A stretch of 55,539 bases of DNA from Nemertoderma westbladi (GCA_032718475.1 JAUCBJ010008838.1:1-55539), one strand, 5' to 3'; counted from the first letter of the stretch, positions 20,174-34,079 are shown. Translations and numbers: made by a program. Notes: generated by a model not told the origin, from the letters alone.

Positions 20174-21990
20174 GAATGAATGAATAATTCGTTTTATTTC
20201 CTGTACATAATGAAGGAATGTAAATAGGAAAATTACCGTTAATCACAAACACAGATTACATAAAAATAAATAAAATATCATTGCATGAAAATCGGTATCT
20301 CATTGTTTATTAGATATCTAATAGCACTTGGAGCGAAAGAGTTTTGAAACATCTTGGTCCGTGTATCAGGCATTCTGTAATTATTGCGAGTTGCGGTGGA
20401 GTTTGATCGGCAACCAATAATGAAAGCGTGTAGAGGATGACTCGGCGTGTCCACAATCTTCTTTACCATGTTGGTGAACTGTTTGGAAAACGCATCATTT
20501 ATAATGTTCATGTAAACTTGTTTTTCAATTTTTGAGTGTTTGGCAAACAGCGACAGTGGCCTCTTTAACTTCTTTTTGAGATTCTTTGGAATGAGGGGGA
20601 CCCACGCAACCGCACAGTACATATATTGGGGTACAATGTAAGTTTCAAAGAGAAATATTTTTGTATCTTTATTTGCAAACCGGATGAAAAAACTGAATTG
20701 GCGAACTATGTAATTTACCCTTTTTATAAGTTTAAATATATGAGTTTTCCATGATAGATTATTTGCAATCCATATTCCAAGATGTTTCACTTCGGACGGA
20801 CGCGGAACCTCGTCACCATCTATGTAGATTATTTCTTCTGCGATATCTAGAACTTTCTGTTCTTTAAAGTTCATTGGAATGAAACATAGTTCTTCAGATT
20901 TCTTTGCGTTTATCTTTAAGTTTTTTCCATGTGATAGCTCAACAATTCGCTGTATGTTAGACTTATATTTGTCATTTTCTGCGGAATGCCTTATCGCCTG
21001 TAGATTTCTTGAGTCATCAGAATATTTTGCTAGGGATCCATCGTCAGCTCGAATTTCATCAGTGTCTTTGGTAAACAAAGGTCCACTAAGAGGACCCCCT
21101 TGGGGAAAACCAACTTTCAGTGAAATAGAGGAAGATATGTTTTTTCCAGATTTAACCGATTGAGAGAAACCACTCATGTATGAGTGAAGCCAGCTGGCCA
21201 ACCAACGCATCTCTATTGGTAATTCGTCTAAAAGTCTGTTTAAAAACTTGTTTTGTAACACTGTGTTAAAAGCAGATGAGTAGTCTATGAATAAACATTT
21301 TACAATTGTGTGTCTTTCATCTAACGCTTTTGTAATCTGATGAAGGAGGTATAAGATCGCATCAGCTGTAGAATAACCTTTTTTGTATGCAAATTGAAAA
21401 ATATCATCAGTGGATTTACTTGCATTACGAAATATATCTAGAGCCAATCTGTCTAAACACCTAGAACTCAAAGGAGTAACACATACTGGTCTGAAGCTGG
21501 TTTTTTCAGAAAATGATGAATCACATCTTTTAGGTAAGGCAGATGTCAAAGACGAATTCCAACATTGCGGGTATTTTTGTTGATGGAAACTATCTCTGAA
21601 TAGTGAAGCATAAGGTATAGAAAGTTCTTTTGCAAAGGTTTTATAGCAAATTGCAGAAACAATGCTACTACCTTGGGCTGTATTCGGTTTCAATTTACGT
21701 ATTAATTTCTCAACCACAATCGGATCAACATGAATATCATTATCATAGGTGGTACCATTATATATAGGCTCATCCTTATTCACATCCTCGTTAAATCTAG
21801 TGAAGAAATTATTAAGACTCTCGACTTCATTTTCATCAAATTTATGAACTTGGTGTTTTTTCCTTATACAGGTATCAGATAGTTTGTACAGTTGAGTTTT
21901 TGGCATATTGGTGAATTCCATTTGCCGTTTATCAAAGATCAGTTTGTTGATTTTTCTCTGGCACTCATTTCTCTTAACATTATTCAAGGC
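20174..21990 (-). mobile_element. 5'-truncated Rex1/Babar-like LINE (RT ORF within 20278-22056)
   Basis: FQFAY, LFIDYSSAFNTV, PQGGPLS and KYSDD motifs; AATAAA followed by an (ATTC)n tail at 20174-20198. Confidence 0.8.
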
Positions 21991-23229
21991 AGCTACGCAG
22001 CTGTGGCAGGCTACAATCTCTAACAGTTTGATTGAATACAATTTTGTTGTATGCAATTGTTTGCATGCAAATTAATAACAATCAAAACGTATATCATGAA
22101 TTGAATTTTTTATATAATGACCAGACAGGAACAAATAATTAAATAAACAGCAAAATCAAAGTAAAATATCACAGAATAAGTAAACAACAAATATATGGCA
22201 CATTACGTAAATGGTTTTGATATTTCGGTTAAAGTTAATCACAGACTTAAAAATAATATGTTTGTGACGTAATAATAAGTGACAACAACGTAATGAATTG
22301 CATCAATTAGAATACTTTGAGTTAATATTATTCACTAGATTTATAGATCTGATTTGTAGTCTATATAAAATAATGTGCATATAGTGGGTTTAATAAATAA
22401 TACCTCACAACAATGTTAAAAGGAGCTGGTTACAGTTGGCTACAGTGGCACATTATTATATCCTACCGGTAAACAAAAAAAACAGGTTACAGATTTATTT
22501 CTTGGGGGGAGTAATCATTACTTATTTGAATCGATATCTCCCTGGAGAGGGATGATTTTGATAGCATCGCAAATCCTCCCTAGGCCTATCTGACAAATCA
22601 TATTTAAAAAATTAAATGTTAATTATAATTATAGCTGAATGAGCTTCATTTATTTAACTGTAAAAATAAATCAATAGGCCTAGGCCCTACAAAAGTACAG
22701 TCTAAAAACTGAAACAATAAATAGTTTGTAATAACAGTTAACAATGTGAAGTTTTTAAATCGAAATCGAATCGAAATAGTTTTGTAGTAATGATGTCCCT
22801 GTGCCCTGCCCCTTCAACTGCAAACTGGGACCTCCCAATAATAAGAATTCCAATATTTAGTCCTCGGCTGTTGAAATCCACCATCAGTACAGACAAATAA
22901 GTCGATCCTCCACCTGTCAGTGCTGGTTAAGGGGACTTCCTGGTCCTGGCAGACCTTAATTCTGTAATTGGTACCGGTAGGTCTAATGCAGTAATGTATA
23001 AGCTACTGTACAGTGCAGTAGGCCTGCAGTACTACTGCACTACAGTAATAGAGAAATAGGCCTTGCAGTACAGCAGTATAATTATTATTTTATTATTATC
23101 AACACTCAGACCATGGTAAAATAAACATTCATGCAATAAACATAATAAATTATGCATGCACTAAATTATAAGTAATTATAAAAGGCGGAGAAGACAGCTT
23201 TTAACTGCACTTATGGGGGCCATATTTAC

Positions 23230-24207
23230 CGTGCAAATTTACCGTTACCTGAGTGGAATGGAATCGGTCGACTTCAGAAACATGCTCACACTCGCAGAAA
23301 CTAACCTCCGTGGCCATTCGCTTAAACTAAACAAACCGCGCGCACGTCTCCTCCAACGCAATGCAACATTCCATTTCCGTGTCATTGACCCCTGGAACGC
23401 CTTATCCGAATCTGTAGTAACCGCCCCCTCACTTAACGCATTCAAATCGAGACTCAATAACCACTACAAAAACTTACCGCTCAAATTTACCCCCTCCTGG
23501 TGGTCCGAATAACGAGACTTAGAGTCAATGACCCCCCCCCCCCCCCCTCTCCACAAACTCACATTAGTTATATTTAATTGTTTTCTTTTTATAGTCGCAC
23601 ATCAATATTTATTTTTATCGCATTTTATCTTATTTTACTTATCTACTTATTTTTCACTTGATCTACTTATTTTTATGTAACTTATTTTTTGGCAGAAATC
23701 CCCGGTCTGATATTGAATTCGACTTTAGTAACCTCGTATTGGTATACTTGTATCCGATTTTATCGACTGATATGTAACTTTCTGTGTATACTCGTGATAC
23801 TATATAGACTGTAGACTGTCATTTTATTGAATTTGTTTAGTAATTCTAATGTATATTTGTAATTTTTAGTGTATGTATCTGACTTTATCGACTGTTATGT
23901 AATTTGCCGTGTATACTCGTGATTTTATAGACGTCACTTCAACCCTTTAGCAAGCAAGACATTTTATTAGTAACCATTTTTATAAGAACACTATTTTAAT
24001 TTAACTGCGTCCTTTTATGTTTCAATTGTTTTATATATGTTTTTGTCATTGTTTCGTAAACATGGTCGGTATTGGTCGCAATACTTAATTACTTACCGGT
24101 ACTGTTATAATTACTTTCAGTTGGACTTTCTTTTGGTGTGTACGGGTTCCATAAGCATTAGCTTTCTTATACCCAAACTATTAAACATTAAACATTAAAC
24201 ATTAAAC
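23230..24207 (+). mobile_element. 3' fragment of a CR1-type LINE (ORF2 end to 23512); downstream 3' UTR and (ATTAAAC)4 tail assignment is tentative
   Basis: LRGHSLKL...RVIDPWNAL...SLNAFKSRL is the typical CR1 C-terminus; tandem tail at 24180-24207. Confidence 0.65.
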
Positions 24208-24467
24208 ATACACTAAAAATCCAGAATGATGAAACTTATTAATATAAAGTAAGGTATGAACAATAATTAAAGAAAGCAAATACACTATAAATAAAGCAAG
24301 GAACATTGATTATATCTATTAACTAAATATTAAAGCGAATAAAAACTAATGAAACAGTAGTGAAGCAGAAACCGTACCAGTCCAGTACTAAAAACCAATT
24401 AATTACAATGACGAATTTGAATTAAAAATAAGTAAAAAATAATTAATTAAAAAATAGTTAAAAAGGA

Positions 24468-24815
24468 TCACGCCAAGTTTCTATCAAATTTGCAAAAATG
24501 CAGCAAATCAACATCGAGTAATTTACGTGAAAAAGAGAGTAAGCTCTCTGAATCTACTACTGTTGCGTCTAATGAATTCCATATTGGAATCGCGCGATTG
24601 GCAAACAAAAATTTCGAAATTTGCAGTCTACTGTAGTTAACCAATAGCTTGTGGTTGTGTCCTCTCAATCCACTACGCACTGGATAAGAGAAAAAATCAT
24701 CAAAGGCTAAATCTATCAGACCGCGTAAAATAGAAAAAAACATTTTTTGATCATAAATAATACGGCGAATTTCTAATGGTTGCAGCTTAAAATGCTTCAA
24801 TCGTTCGAAATAACT
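24468..24815 (-). mobile_element. 3' fragment of a second CR1-type LINE ORF2
   Basis: YFERLKHFKLQPLEIRR...LRGHNHKL...FANRAIPIWNSL. Confidence 0.75.
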
Positions 24816-26050
24816 AGTCCATAACAATACATATACACAATAAACATTGAATACAGGCATGCCAGAATGAGTATTGTACAACATACCATACTGTATATCA
24901 TTTACATGTGGAAAATTCCTCCATTACCGCGAATTTTAAAATTAGCCAATCATTGATCTCAGATATTAGATAATAGAAGTGACAGCGTCTATCGCATAAT
25001 GTTTATTTTATGTGACAAAATAACATTGTTCTGATATGTAACAAACCATGTTCTTAAAATGTTAGAACTAAACACTTATAAAACATTTTTGACTGATGTT
25101 TATGTTCTCACATTAAAATTACGTTTTTTTAACATCAACAGTTTATCATTTATTTAATGTCTGACAAAGACATTATAGAATAATGTTAAAATAACATATA
25201 TTGAACATCTAAATATTCTATCAAACAAGGGAATAACATTTATCAACATTTCTAACATAATGATGTTTTTCTGACATTACTTGAAATTAAATTGTTTGCA
25301 GGGTTATTGTTTTGGTTAGAAAGGCTAGCCTCTGTAACCTGCTCCTTTCCTTCATTTGGTAAAGTGACTGTTTATTGTTTTGGTTAGAAAATCTGGCCTT
25401 AACCTGCTCCTTTCCATCAATTGGTAATTGTTTTTGGCTATAAAATTAGTGTTTTGCTACGTCATGTGGTAATCGATTATCGACAACAACCACAAACTAT
25501 TAAATTTAGAGTCTTTTACCACAGGCGCATATGGAAATCTATCTCATACAGTCATAGTCTATAAATCAAGGAACTTTGAATGTTTTGGCGCAGGCATAGA
25601 GAAACCAACTGTCCGACAATCCAGAAATCAACAAATTTTGAATGTTTTGGCATAGGCATGTTGAAATCAACTGTCTGACACAGTCCAGAAATCAGCAGTC
25701 TGACAGTTTGAAGAAATACATACAAAAAAAGTTATTAACAGATTAAAGGACAACTAAAGTCATTTAAGGGACAACAAAAGTCATTATGCCCAATTCGTAA
25801 AAAAAGGAGGAAAAAGGAGGACAAAAATAGTTCAAAAAAAGGACATAAAAAAACTGCCATTAGGATTTAGGTATATAGGCCTATTCCAGTATTCATTAAT
25901 GCAGTACTGCAGTAATGTGCGTGCAGTATGTATAAAAATCAATCAATCAACCCACACTGCACACAGCACAACAGTCAGTACAGCAGTACAACACAACACA
26001 GACAGTGAGCTAATCAGTACACAGCAGTAGGCCTACTATCTGATCTGATA

Positions 26051-28210
26051 ATGGAACAAGAACAATTACTGGAACGAGAGTTGGAATGTTCTATTTGTCT
26101 ACGATTATTGGAGAAGCCGCGAGTGTTGAAGTGTTCTCACTCGTTTTGCTTCAAATGTATCGCTAAAGTTTCTAAACAACTCGGTGATGGACTATCGATA
26201 GAATGTCCGCGGTGTCGGAATCCCACCGAGGTGAAGAAACTCGAATCGTTGCCGGTCGTCAATCATATTATATCTTCAATGATCGATTTGATTCGCAAAG
26301 ATAAGATATGTGAGGGATGTCGAAAAAATAAAGGAACGAATCCCTGTAAAGATTGCGGGGCAGAATTGTGCAGACAGTGTGAACTCTTCCATGTCTGTGG
26401 TGATGTTAACCAAACTGATTCGGCAGCAGCGGGTGGACAGGCGGGATGCAGCTTTGACGACATTGACCTGGAAAAACAAGGAGCAGTTGGTGGATCTAAA
26501 GAACCGGATCCGGATCTGTGTGGAATCCACGGTCTAAACAAACGCCATTATTGCGAGAAATGCGAATCTCTTGTATGCCGTCAATGCCATTCAGTTGACG
26601 GTGTTTCTAAAGATCACGAGATTTTGTATTCAAACGAAGTCTGTCAAACAATCCGAGGAAACTTAGTAGACGGTCCGTGGAAGTTGAGATCGCGATTGGA
26701 GAATAAACTAACAGTGTTGGAAGGAATTCTGGAGGATTTAGACGATGTCACTAAAGTTTCCACCGACGACGTCCGCAAACACTTCCAATGTTTATACAAC
26801 GAATTAAAGGCGGCTGAAGATGGGATGATGAAGAGGATTGGGGATCTAAAAACCGAAACGGCGGGTAAAATATCCGCAGCAAAAGAAAATCTCGCTGATA
26901 TTGGAATTCCTGAAGAGAACGAATATTATAAGAAGATAAAGAATTCCGAGTTGATCAAAGAAATACCGGAAGCCAAGAAGATCCTAAAGAAATACAAAGA
27001 AATCGAGCAGCGGATCTCTGAGGTTGAACTTGTTGCGGTACCGGAAATACGTTTTGTTCCAGTCGAGTTACCAAAGGGGTTGGGAGGGTTTATCGGTCGT
27101 GTTTGTGTCGTAAATAAAGCGGATTTAGTAGAGAAGGGGAGGGATCCAGAGGAGATGGAGAAGGTGGGGGATCCAGTGGAGGTAGAGGATCCAGTGGGTC
27201 TGGTGAAGGCGGGGGATCCAGTGGAGGTAGCGAAAGTGGAGGATGCAGGGAAACTGAAGAAGGTGGGGGATCCAGTGGGGGTTGAAATGGAGAGGCGATT
27301 TGATCTCCATCAATACGAGAAAGTTTTACTAAACTATCCGACTCTAAAGGAAACTTGTCGGATCGATTGTCGGAGAATGGGAATCGGTAAAGTCGGCCCG
27401 ATTGGTGGTGGCGGGAGGATCCTGGGGATAACCGACTCCGTATCCAACAGGATCTGTTTCTATAACGTCAACGCCGACGATTCTTTATCTATACGTGGAG
27501 AACCAGTTGGGGTCAAAAGTGACTGCAACGCCGCAAAGAAACCGATTATATTCTTGGAGGGTCGCAGCGATACAATCTGGATCGCCGCGACGGATGTTTG
27601 TCTGTTTCTTATAGATACAGAGGCGGTTGGAGGGAAAGTCCGACATCGTTGTCTGGGTAACGAGAGACACCTCGGTAGACCTCTAGGGTCTATAACTGGG
27701 TTGTCACGGTATAGGGGTGGTTATGTAATTACTGAATATAATTACATTATTAAATTTAACCCAAACGATTGTTCGATTAGTTGGATTTACCGTGTCGATC
27801 AACCCGGGAGACTTATTGGTACCGATTGGTACGTCTCCAACACATTAACCGCCGTTCTATTCCAACCCGACGAACGGAAGATATCCGTCTGCCACTGTAA
27901 CGTTCGCGGCTCCAACCCCAACAACGTTACCCTCGTATTGGATAGAACGCTAAACGTTATAGATTGCGGTAAATCCGTCCCTATCGGGAGAGTGAAGTGG
28001 CTGTACCAAGGCAGATATTATTATCTCTTAGTTCCTTTAGAAGAAGATGATAAACAATATGTCGGTGTTTATCGCAAGGTTGATGATGGAAGTAAAGTAT
28101 CCCGATTGGGTGCGGTGCCGGTAGACGGGTTCGGTGGGTTGACTGGAACCAATAAAGGATTATTTGTTTACGAAACTGTCCGTAACTGTTTGGTTTATAT
28201 TAAATTCTAA
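26051..28210 (+). CDS. Intronless TRIM/RBCC E3 ligase-like protein (RING, two B-boxes, coiled coil, probable divergent beta-propeller)
   Basis: CSIC...CSHSFCFKC...CPRC RING; CEGC..CKDC..LCRQC..H; CGIH..YCEKC..VCRQC..H; beta-rich C-terminus; AATAAA near 28366. Confidence 0.88.
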   Translation: MEQEQLLERELECSICLRLLEKPRVLKCSHSFCFKCIAKVSKQLGDGLSIECPRCRNPTEVKKLESLPVVNHIISSMIDLIRKDKICEGCRKNKGTNPCKDCGAELCRQCELFHVCGDVNQTDSAAAGGQAGCSFDDIDLEKQGAVGGSKEPDPDLCGIHGLNKRHYCEKCESLVCRQCHSVDGVSKDHEILYSNEVCQTIRGNLVDGPWKLRSRLENKLTVLEGILEDLDDVTKVSTDDVRKHFQCLYNELKAAEDGMMKRIGDLKTETAGKISAAKENLADIGIPEENEYYKKIKNSELIKEIPEAKKILKKYKEIEQRISEVELVAVPEIRFVPVELPKGLGGFIGRVCVVNKADLVEKGRDPEEMEKVGDPVEVEDPVGLVKAGDPVEVAKVEDAGKLKKVGDPVGVEMERRFDLHQYEKVLLNYPTLKETCRIDCRRMGIGKVGPIGGGGRILGITDSVSNRICFYNVNADDSLSIRGEPVGVKSDCNAAKKPIIFLEGRSDTIWIAATDVCLFLIDTEAVGGKVRHRCLGNERHLGRPLGSITGLSRYRGGYVITEYNYIIKFNPNDCSISWIYRVDQPGRLIGTDWYVSNTLTAVLFQPDERKISVCHCNVRGSNPNNVTLVLDRTLNVIDCGKSVPIGRVKWLYQGRYYYLLVPLEEDDKQYVGVYRKVDDGSKVSRLGAVPVDGFGGLTGTNKGLFVYETVRNCLVYIKF

Positions 28211-28948
28211 CTCAATCAGCTCCACTTATACTTTTAGGTTTAACTAACTAACTATTACCGGTTTGTATCTCTTTACTAAAACATAATTTATTACATTATA
28301 TATCAACTTATCGGCGCTCTGATGGTATCCTCCTAACGCTGTAAAGTAATCAATAACTTAGAATCAATAAACTTCTAGAACACATCTTGAGTTTTCTCCA
28401 TTGTTCTAACTTGTAAGATAACCAAACTAGTCCGGCAGCCGCAATGGTATACCGAAACTTTTTGGACGGATTTAATTGTTTTGATGTTTTGAGTTCTATA
28501 GGTCCCACTTAATGAGGAAATGGCGATTATAACATTTTTGACTTTGGGCATTTTGAAATAACGACCTAGTTGCTAAGGACCACATAACCCTACTTTAAGG
28601 CATAGCAACTGCAATACAGCATGTCATAATGGATTAAAATCTTCTACAAAGTCAATTTAGTTCATTTACGAAATAATGACAATCTTTTTCGTCTGATTTT
28701 TAGATCCTGTTGCTATGGAGACGGCATTAAAGTTTAGTGTTGCGATTTCAATCGCCTTTAATTATACCATTAGTTACAAGAATATGCAGGAAAGTTAGAT
28801 AAATTATGTTTATTTTATTAGCGTGGCCTTTATGTAACTTTAGACAAGGTTAAGAATCGAAATTGGGCTGATATTTATATCCTAAACCTGACATGTTTGA
28901 GTGTTAACATAATTATTAAAGACAACAAATTTCAGCGATTATAACATT

Positions 28949-29045
28949 GGCACTAGTATGTTATAGGTACACCCCCCCTCAAATTTTTTTTACTAGCTAG
29001 TTTTTGCCATTTATTTTTATGAACATGTTCTAGAACATGTTAGAG
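28949..29045. mobile_element. Left-end (TIR) copy of the MITE family at 32763-33640
   Basis: GGCACTAGTATGTTATAGGTACACCCCCCCTCAAATTTTT... is the inverse of 33548-33640; no matching target duplication found. Confidence 0.6.
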
Positions 29046-29827
29046 GATACACAATAGGGATAGTACAGAAAAAGTACAGAAGTAGCTTAGCAAAGTATAT
29101 GAGTGTGGATTTTACTGCATGTTCCTGTGTTCCATATTTCAAAAGTACGATATCATAATATTTATATATACCAAATTTTGAGTTGGGTACTACTTTGGGT
29201 CACAGTTGTTCCGTATAACACTACATTGTTATAACATAAACCATTGTTACCATGTTTCAAGATATTTCTATTTAACTATATAAATATTTAAACAGTATGA
29301 TTTAATCAACAGGGTAGGTTGCTGTTATTTCTTTATTATCTCCATCGAATGGATTTCTTCCATCTTTTAATTTACTCTTTTCAATTCCAGTTATTGTTTA
29401 GTGACAGTTTTTTACTTTGCAAGTAACAAAATATTCTAGAATGTCATACTGCATCTTTTATTTTTTGAAAAAAATAAAACTGCGCTTAAAAATAGCTAGT
29501 AAATTTTATTTAAAAAACCTGCTGGCTCTATTGCGTTTGGTACACACCTATTTCAATTTTTTTCAAAGTTTAATTTTTATTACATTGTACTATTTATTAT
29601 AGTTAATTGTAGCTTAGATACTCGATTATTTTTTATTCTAGAATATTATTTTAGAATATGTATTTATTTCTTATTCTTTTATATGCAACTTTATCTTAAT
29701 TAGTTAATTTTTTTTTATATTTATCCAATTACAATTGATGATTTTCTTTTCCTTAAATTTTCTACATTCTTATAAAAAATACCCAAAATTGTATTTTTTC
29801 TTAATAAATTGGTGTGTACCAAACGCA

Positions 29828-32206
29828 CATTGGAAAACACCTAATGGAATAATGTGAATTGATACCAACAAACAACACATTCGAAAAGAGTAAGGGGAAG
29901 CTATGGACCTTTCAATACCCTAATGGAACCAAAGCACAACTGGATTACATCCTTATAAACAAAAAGTGGAGAAATAGCATGATCAACTGCGAGGCATACA
30001 GCTCGTTCAACCTAATTGGTTCGGACCACAGAATTGTGACTGCAGAGATCAGACTCAGTTTGAGAGCCAGCAAACCCAGGACAAGCAAGCAAATCAACTA
30101 TGACTGGGAGAAACTCAGAACTGACAATGCTGTAAAGGATGCTTATACAGTAGAAGTTCGAAACCGCTTTGAAGCACTTCAGTCAATGGATGAAGACCAA
30201 TCCACCGATTCAATATACCAGAATATAATAACAGCCCACAAGGAATCAGCTAAGAGGCATATCCCCCAGAAACCTAAACGAAAACAGTATGTGCCATGGC
30301 AAAACTCTGAGGTTACTTGTAAGAGAGAAGATCTTAAGATAGCCTACAAAGTTAAAACCGAACAACCAACAACCGAAAACATTAACATCAACAAGGTTGA
30401 GAAAGCTAAGGACGATCTTAAATTGGCCTACAACATCAGCCAGGAAAAGTACATACAGGATAAAACTGAAGCAATTACAACTGCTCACATACAGCAACAA
30501 TCAAGACTTACCTGGCAAACTGTAAATGAGGTATCTGGTCGGAAAAGTTGTGCAAAGGGGTGCCTCAAAGCCGATAGTCCTGAAGAACGTGTTGGGAAGT
30601 GGAAAAATCACTTCAGCAACATGCTTGGGCAGCCACCAAACATCGAGGTCAGCCCTACAGGGAAAATATATGACAAGACACTACCTATAGAAACAGGGGA
30701 CTTCACACCTGCCGAACTCCAAAGAAGCATTAAAAGCATGTCCAATAATAAAGCGAGAGGATTAGATGAAATCCCAGCGGAGGTATGGAAAACCGGAGTG
30801 CTAAATAGACCATTATTGAATGTTTGCAACCGGATGTTAAAAGGGGAAAAGCCACCACCAATTTGGACTAAAGGTCAACTAAAGCCTCTCCCCAAGAAAG
30901 GAGACCTCGGCATACCAACAAACTATCGTGGGATCTGTCTGCTTGTGGTAGCTGCCAAAATATACAATAAAATGATTCTATATAGGATTAGGCCTCACAT
31001 AGAGAAACTACTGCGTAAGAGCCAAAACGGATTTCGACCAAGTAGATCAACAATAGCTCAGATACTTGCACTACGGAGACTGATTGAAGGAATTAAGTCA
31101 AAGAATCTCCCCGCAGTCATGACTTTTGTGGACTTCAAGAAGGCATTCGACTCCATCCATAGAGGTAAAATGCTTGAAATCCTAAGAGCTTATGGAATAC
31201 CAGAAGTAATTGTTGCTGGCATTGGATTGTTATATTGTGACACAGAAGCGCAGGTACTCTCACCAGATGGTGAAACTGAGTTTTTCTCAATCCTGGCTGG
31301 CGTACTGCAAGGCGACACATTAGCACCATTACTATTTGTAATTGTGCTGGATTACGCAATGAGGACGGCCACAAAGGGTGAAGATCTGGGATTCACACTT
31401 CAAGAACGCAGAAGTAGTAGATATCCGGCAACTACAATCACAGACACCGACTTTGCGGATGACATCGCACTGCTCTCTAATACGCTAGCAGATGCACAGC
31501 TTCTTCTAAATAAAGTGGAGAGGGCTGCTAAGGAGGTTGGATTACATATAAATGCTACCAAGACCGAATTCATGACCTTTAATGTTGATGGAAACTTGAC
31601 AACCATTGATAATAATCAACTAAGGAAGGTCGATGACTTCCAGTACCTTGGATCATGGATAGAGAGTAGCAAAAAGGACATAGAAGTTAGGAAAGCAAAG
31701 GCTTGGGTAGCTCTATCAAAAATGGATACCATCTGGAAATCAGATCTCTCCAGGCACCTGAAGACTAAGTTCTTTCGAGCCACAGTGGAAAGTGTATTTT
31801 TATACGGGGGTGAGACCTGGACACTGACTAAATCACTTGAACAACGAATTGATGGTTGCTACACAAGACTACTAAGGGCAGCCCTAAACATCAGCTGGAG
31901 ACAACACATGACAAACGCCGAGCTTTATGGTACAATACCACCTGTATCAACCACCCTCCGTGAACGCAGATTAAGATTCAGTGGGCACTGCTGGCGAAGT
32001 AAAGACGAGGTCATACCAGATCTACTTCTATGGCAACCAACTCATGGAAAGCGTAGTCGTGGACGACCGGCCATAACATATATAGATCAACTTGAAAGGG
32101 ATACTGAACTTGGGAGAAACGAAATTGCGACAACTATGGAGAATCGGGAAGCCTGGAAGGATCTCATTTCCACTGTCCGAGTTCGCTCGACCTAGTAGTA
32201 GTAGTA
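29828..32206 (+). mobile_element. 5'-truncated RTE-clade LINE (APE C-terminus plus RT, ORF 29859-32195)
   Basis: QLDYIL, GSDH, QNGFR, DFKKAFDS, LQGD, FADD motifs; (TAG)n tail starting at the stop codon; 12-bp TSD GTACCAAACGCA at 29816-29827 and 32207-32218. Confidence 0.93.
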
Positions 32207-32762
32207 GTACCAAACGCAATACTAAAGTGAGTCACTTTTGCGTTTGGTACACACCTATATCTGCGAAATTCCTTCATTCATTCATTTTTTTTTATTAACA
32301 ATTTTTGCCAAAAAATTGAAATAGGTGTGTACCAAACACATTATCTAGCTAGACAAAAAATACTAGATACCATAAAAAAATTAATATATTTTTTTGCCGC
32401 GGGATATGTTCTAGAACATTGTCATATGCAAAAAAAACTGCTTAAAAATAGCCAGTAAAAAAATATTAGATAGTATGTGTACCCATAAACGCTATTTTGT
32501 TTGTAGTAGCTAGTTCTTGAAGTTGCTTTTTAAAAAATAATTAGCTAACTTGCAAAATCGCTAGCTAGCATTGAAATCGGTAGCGTTTAATGTTTATAGG
32601 TAATTAAACAATGTATTACACATAACAAATAATTTCTAATAAAATTAGTCAATTTAAACAACATGTTCTAAAACAAAAAATATGTGTTCTAGAACATCAT
32701 TTTTTTACATAACAATAGCTAAAATCGAATAGAATATTTCTAAAATAAAAAGTCCCAAAAAC

Positions 32763-33640
32763 GGTACTAGTGTGGTATGTATGTACACCCCCCCCCCCCC
32801 CCCCTCAAATTTTTTTCACGAGCTAGTTTTTGCATTTCTTTTTATGAAATGTTCTAGAACATGAGATACATTTGAAAAAAAATAATAAAATGTTCTAGAG
32901 AACAAATATTTTTTGTTCTAGAACAAGTTTTAAAAAATGCTTACGAATTTTATTTTTTGTTAGTTATGTTTTATTTGATGTCAAGGAAATTGAATTTTCT
33001 AGAATATTTGAGTTTCTAACAGCTACCGGTAAGAGTTGACTTTCCAACAACTAGCTGAGTTTCGTTGGAAGCTTCTACACAAAGAAACCCCATTTTCTGC
33101 TCTATTGGATTTGATCAGAAAATATTACCCGCTGTCTGCTAAATAATAAATATATTATACAGAATAAGTATTCTAAGCATATCATTAATTTCCGAATCTA
33201 ATGACCTCAATACAGTGAATTTTTTATTTTAATTAGCTATTTAAAAAATACTAGCTAACCCCTCCCAAACCCATCTTGCCAGCAACGATTAAAAATTATC
33301 TGAAACAATTTCTTAATGAAATTAAAAAAAAACTGTTCTACTTGTTTGAAAAAAAACTTGTTTGAACTGTTCTAAAACAAAAACTATTTGTTCTAGAACT
33401 TTTTTTTTCTAGTTCTGAATAGCTAACATGTTCAAGAACATAATTAAAAAATAAAAATAGTACATCAATTTTTTAATTTTTTTTTATATTGTTCTAGAAC
33501 AAAAATTTTTTTTTCTTGAACATATATAAATATTTTTTTTTAATAGCTAACAGGTTCTAGAACATGTTCATAAAAAGAAATAGCAAAAACTAGCTAGTAA
33601 AAAAAATTGAGGGGGGGTGTACCTATAACACACTAGTGCC
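32763..33640. mobile_element. MITE with ~90-bp TIRs, GG...CC ends and 8-bp TSD (Merlin- or Mutator-like)
   Basis: CCAAAAAC at 32755-32762 and 33641-33648; imperfect TIRs GGTACTAGTGTG... / ...CACACTAGTGCC; interior rich in TTCTAGAA. Confidence 0.75.
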
Positions 33641-33699
33641 CCAAAAACTAGCTATAGAAGCAAAAATACCTGAGTGTTTAAAGCTGAGTGTTTAAAGCT

Positions 33700-34079
33700 C
33701 ATCTATCCCATCATAGTAGACATGTACCGAACAACAAGTGAGTCCCACAAGAAATGAAAACAAATAAGTTGGTGCCAGTTCCCAAGAAGGGCAACCTAAC
33801 ACTCTATGGTTCTTTTCGGGGAATCTCATTGGTCTCGATTGCTGCAAAGCTATACAATAGGATTCTATTAAATCGCATCAGGGATCCCATTGAGAGACTG
33901 CTCCGTGGAAATCAGAATGGGTTCCGTAAAGGTCGTGGGACCATGGAGCCCATTTTGGCACTTAGAAGGATAATTGAAGAGTTATCAAAAAAGAAAGAAA
34001 GGCATCTGGCTGTTATCTTTGTTGACTACTTCAAGGCCTTTGATTCAGTCTCTCGCTCACTTATGTTCAGCATACTTTC
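33700..34079 (+). pseudogene. RTE-clade RT fragment cut by the element 2 LTR
   Basis: PVPKKGNL..FRGISL..QNGFR..DYFKAFDSV; similarity ends at the TGTTAAAC LTR terminus. Confidence 0.85.

Larger units (their letters stand above)
19665..25303. mobile_element. Non-autonomous EnSpm/CMC-like DNA transposon containing nested LINE fragments
   Basis: 13-bp TIR CCCTGCAAACAAT / ATTGTTTGCAGGG; apparent 2-bp TT target duplication; many subterminal TAACAT/ATGTTA motifs. Confidence 0.75.
19522..25430. repeat. ~68-bp tandem repeat (TTTATTGTTTTGGTTAGAAA...GTAACCTGCTCCTTTCC...GGTAAAGTGA), 2+2 units split by the EnSpm-like insertion
   Basis: Units at ~19522-19664 resume in register at 25304-25430. Confidence 0.75.

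Noticed and set aside
21990-22056. N-terminus of the 592-aa RT ORF as a true start
   Set aside because: Looks like read-in from flanking DNA at a 5' truncation; the endonuclease domain is absent.
28949-33640. One 4.7-kb TIR element spanning the RTE LINE
   Set aside because: The inverted ends match, but the 8-bp TSD pairs 33640 with 32763, not with 28949.
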